Positions 63,442 to 64,000 of a DNA stretch of 64,000 nt are shown here, in pieces. Numbering within the stretch: the first letter of the stretch is position 1; every line of letters starts with the position of its first letter. The translations under genes and the position numbers were made by a program. The DNA comes from Azolla caroliniana (taxonomy: Eukaryota > Plantae > Polypodiophyta): assembly GCA_043228905.1 (NCBI GenBank), contig JBHGNT010000002.1:6076001-6140000 (forward strand), given 5' to 3'. The notes under the pieces are model-generated. The model ran no database searches. It was not told the origin of the DNA and saw only the letters and a program-made list of their open reading frames with translations.

Positions 63442-64000
63442 CCAAGTATTAAATTGTCGGATTGGCTCGGATTCAATTTCGATCGATTCGGCCGATTGTC
63501 GACTCGGTTCGATTCGGTAGTTGGAAACTTATTCTCAATCTCACAGTCGACTATTGTCTTTTCCTCCATGAAGACAATGTCATGGCCCCTAATCACTTCC
63601 TTCTCGGCTAAGTCCCATAGCTGATAATCAAATTCATCATTACCGTAGCCGAGAAATATACCTGACTGAGATTTCGGGTCTAATTTTCCCCTTTGGTCTT
63701 TTACAACATGCACATAAGCAAGACATTCGAACACCCTCAGCTGTCAGTACGAAATGTCTTTGCCGCTCCACATCCTTTCTGGGATATCATCGTCCAAGTG
63801 TACCGAGGGTTATCACGTACGCTGCCGTCGTCAATGCGTCAGCCTAGAATGTCTTCGGTCACTTAACATGTGCAAACATACTTCGAACCCTTTCCATTAC
63901 AGTCCGGTTCATTCTCTCAGCCAACCCATTAAGCTCTGGCGTCTTTGGCACAGTATATACTCAAGCCAGATTCCTTGATTTAGGAAAATATTCCTCGAAT
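63442..64000 (-). pseudogene. Family T-like integrase fragment running off the window
   Basis: CLAYVHV..DQRGKLDPK; paralogous to 56620-57190. Confidence 0.8.

Overview
Eukaryotic, plant-type DNA. My inference from the element families is a seed-free land plant (fern or bryophyte), which is not proven. Roughly 85-90% of the window is a nested pile of decaying LTR retrotransposons that can be unpicked from LTR ends, primer-binding sites (PBS), polypurine tracts (PPT) and target-site duplications (TSD). Four groups are present. (1) Ty1/copia family B has TGTTGAG LTR ends and a tRNA-iMet PBS, with one full-length copy at 15680-26419. (2) Tnt1/Tork-like copia family T is CCGG-rich, with several copies including one nested in another. 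(3) Ty3/gypsy family W is tRNA-Trp-primed with 4-bp RCGY TSDs; its copies are a gag-PR-only element, an RT-less element, a solo LTR and a 145-bp mini-LTR. (4) A chromovirus has a 3' LTR that is a long fold-back. There is also one 5'-truncated LINE. The only host-like gene is a single-exon secreted protein made of ~120 Pro-Thr/Pro-Ile/Val tripeptides (14100-15365). The most interesting signals are family W's CpG-centred targeting, its -1 frameshift with a predicted pseudoknot after the protease, tRNA-like Pol III modules inside several LTR types, the fold-back LTR, the double PPT with a Pol C-terminal extension in family B, and the PTI/PTV protein. Family names B/T/W are my labels; no database search was possible.
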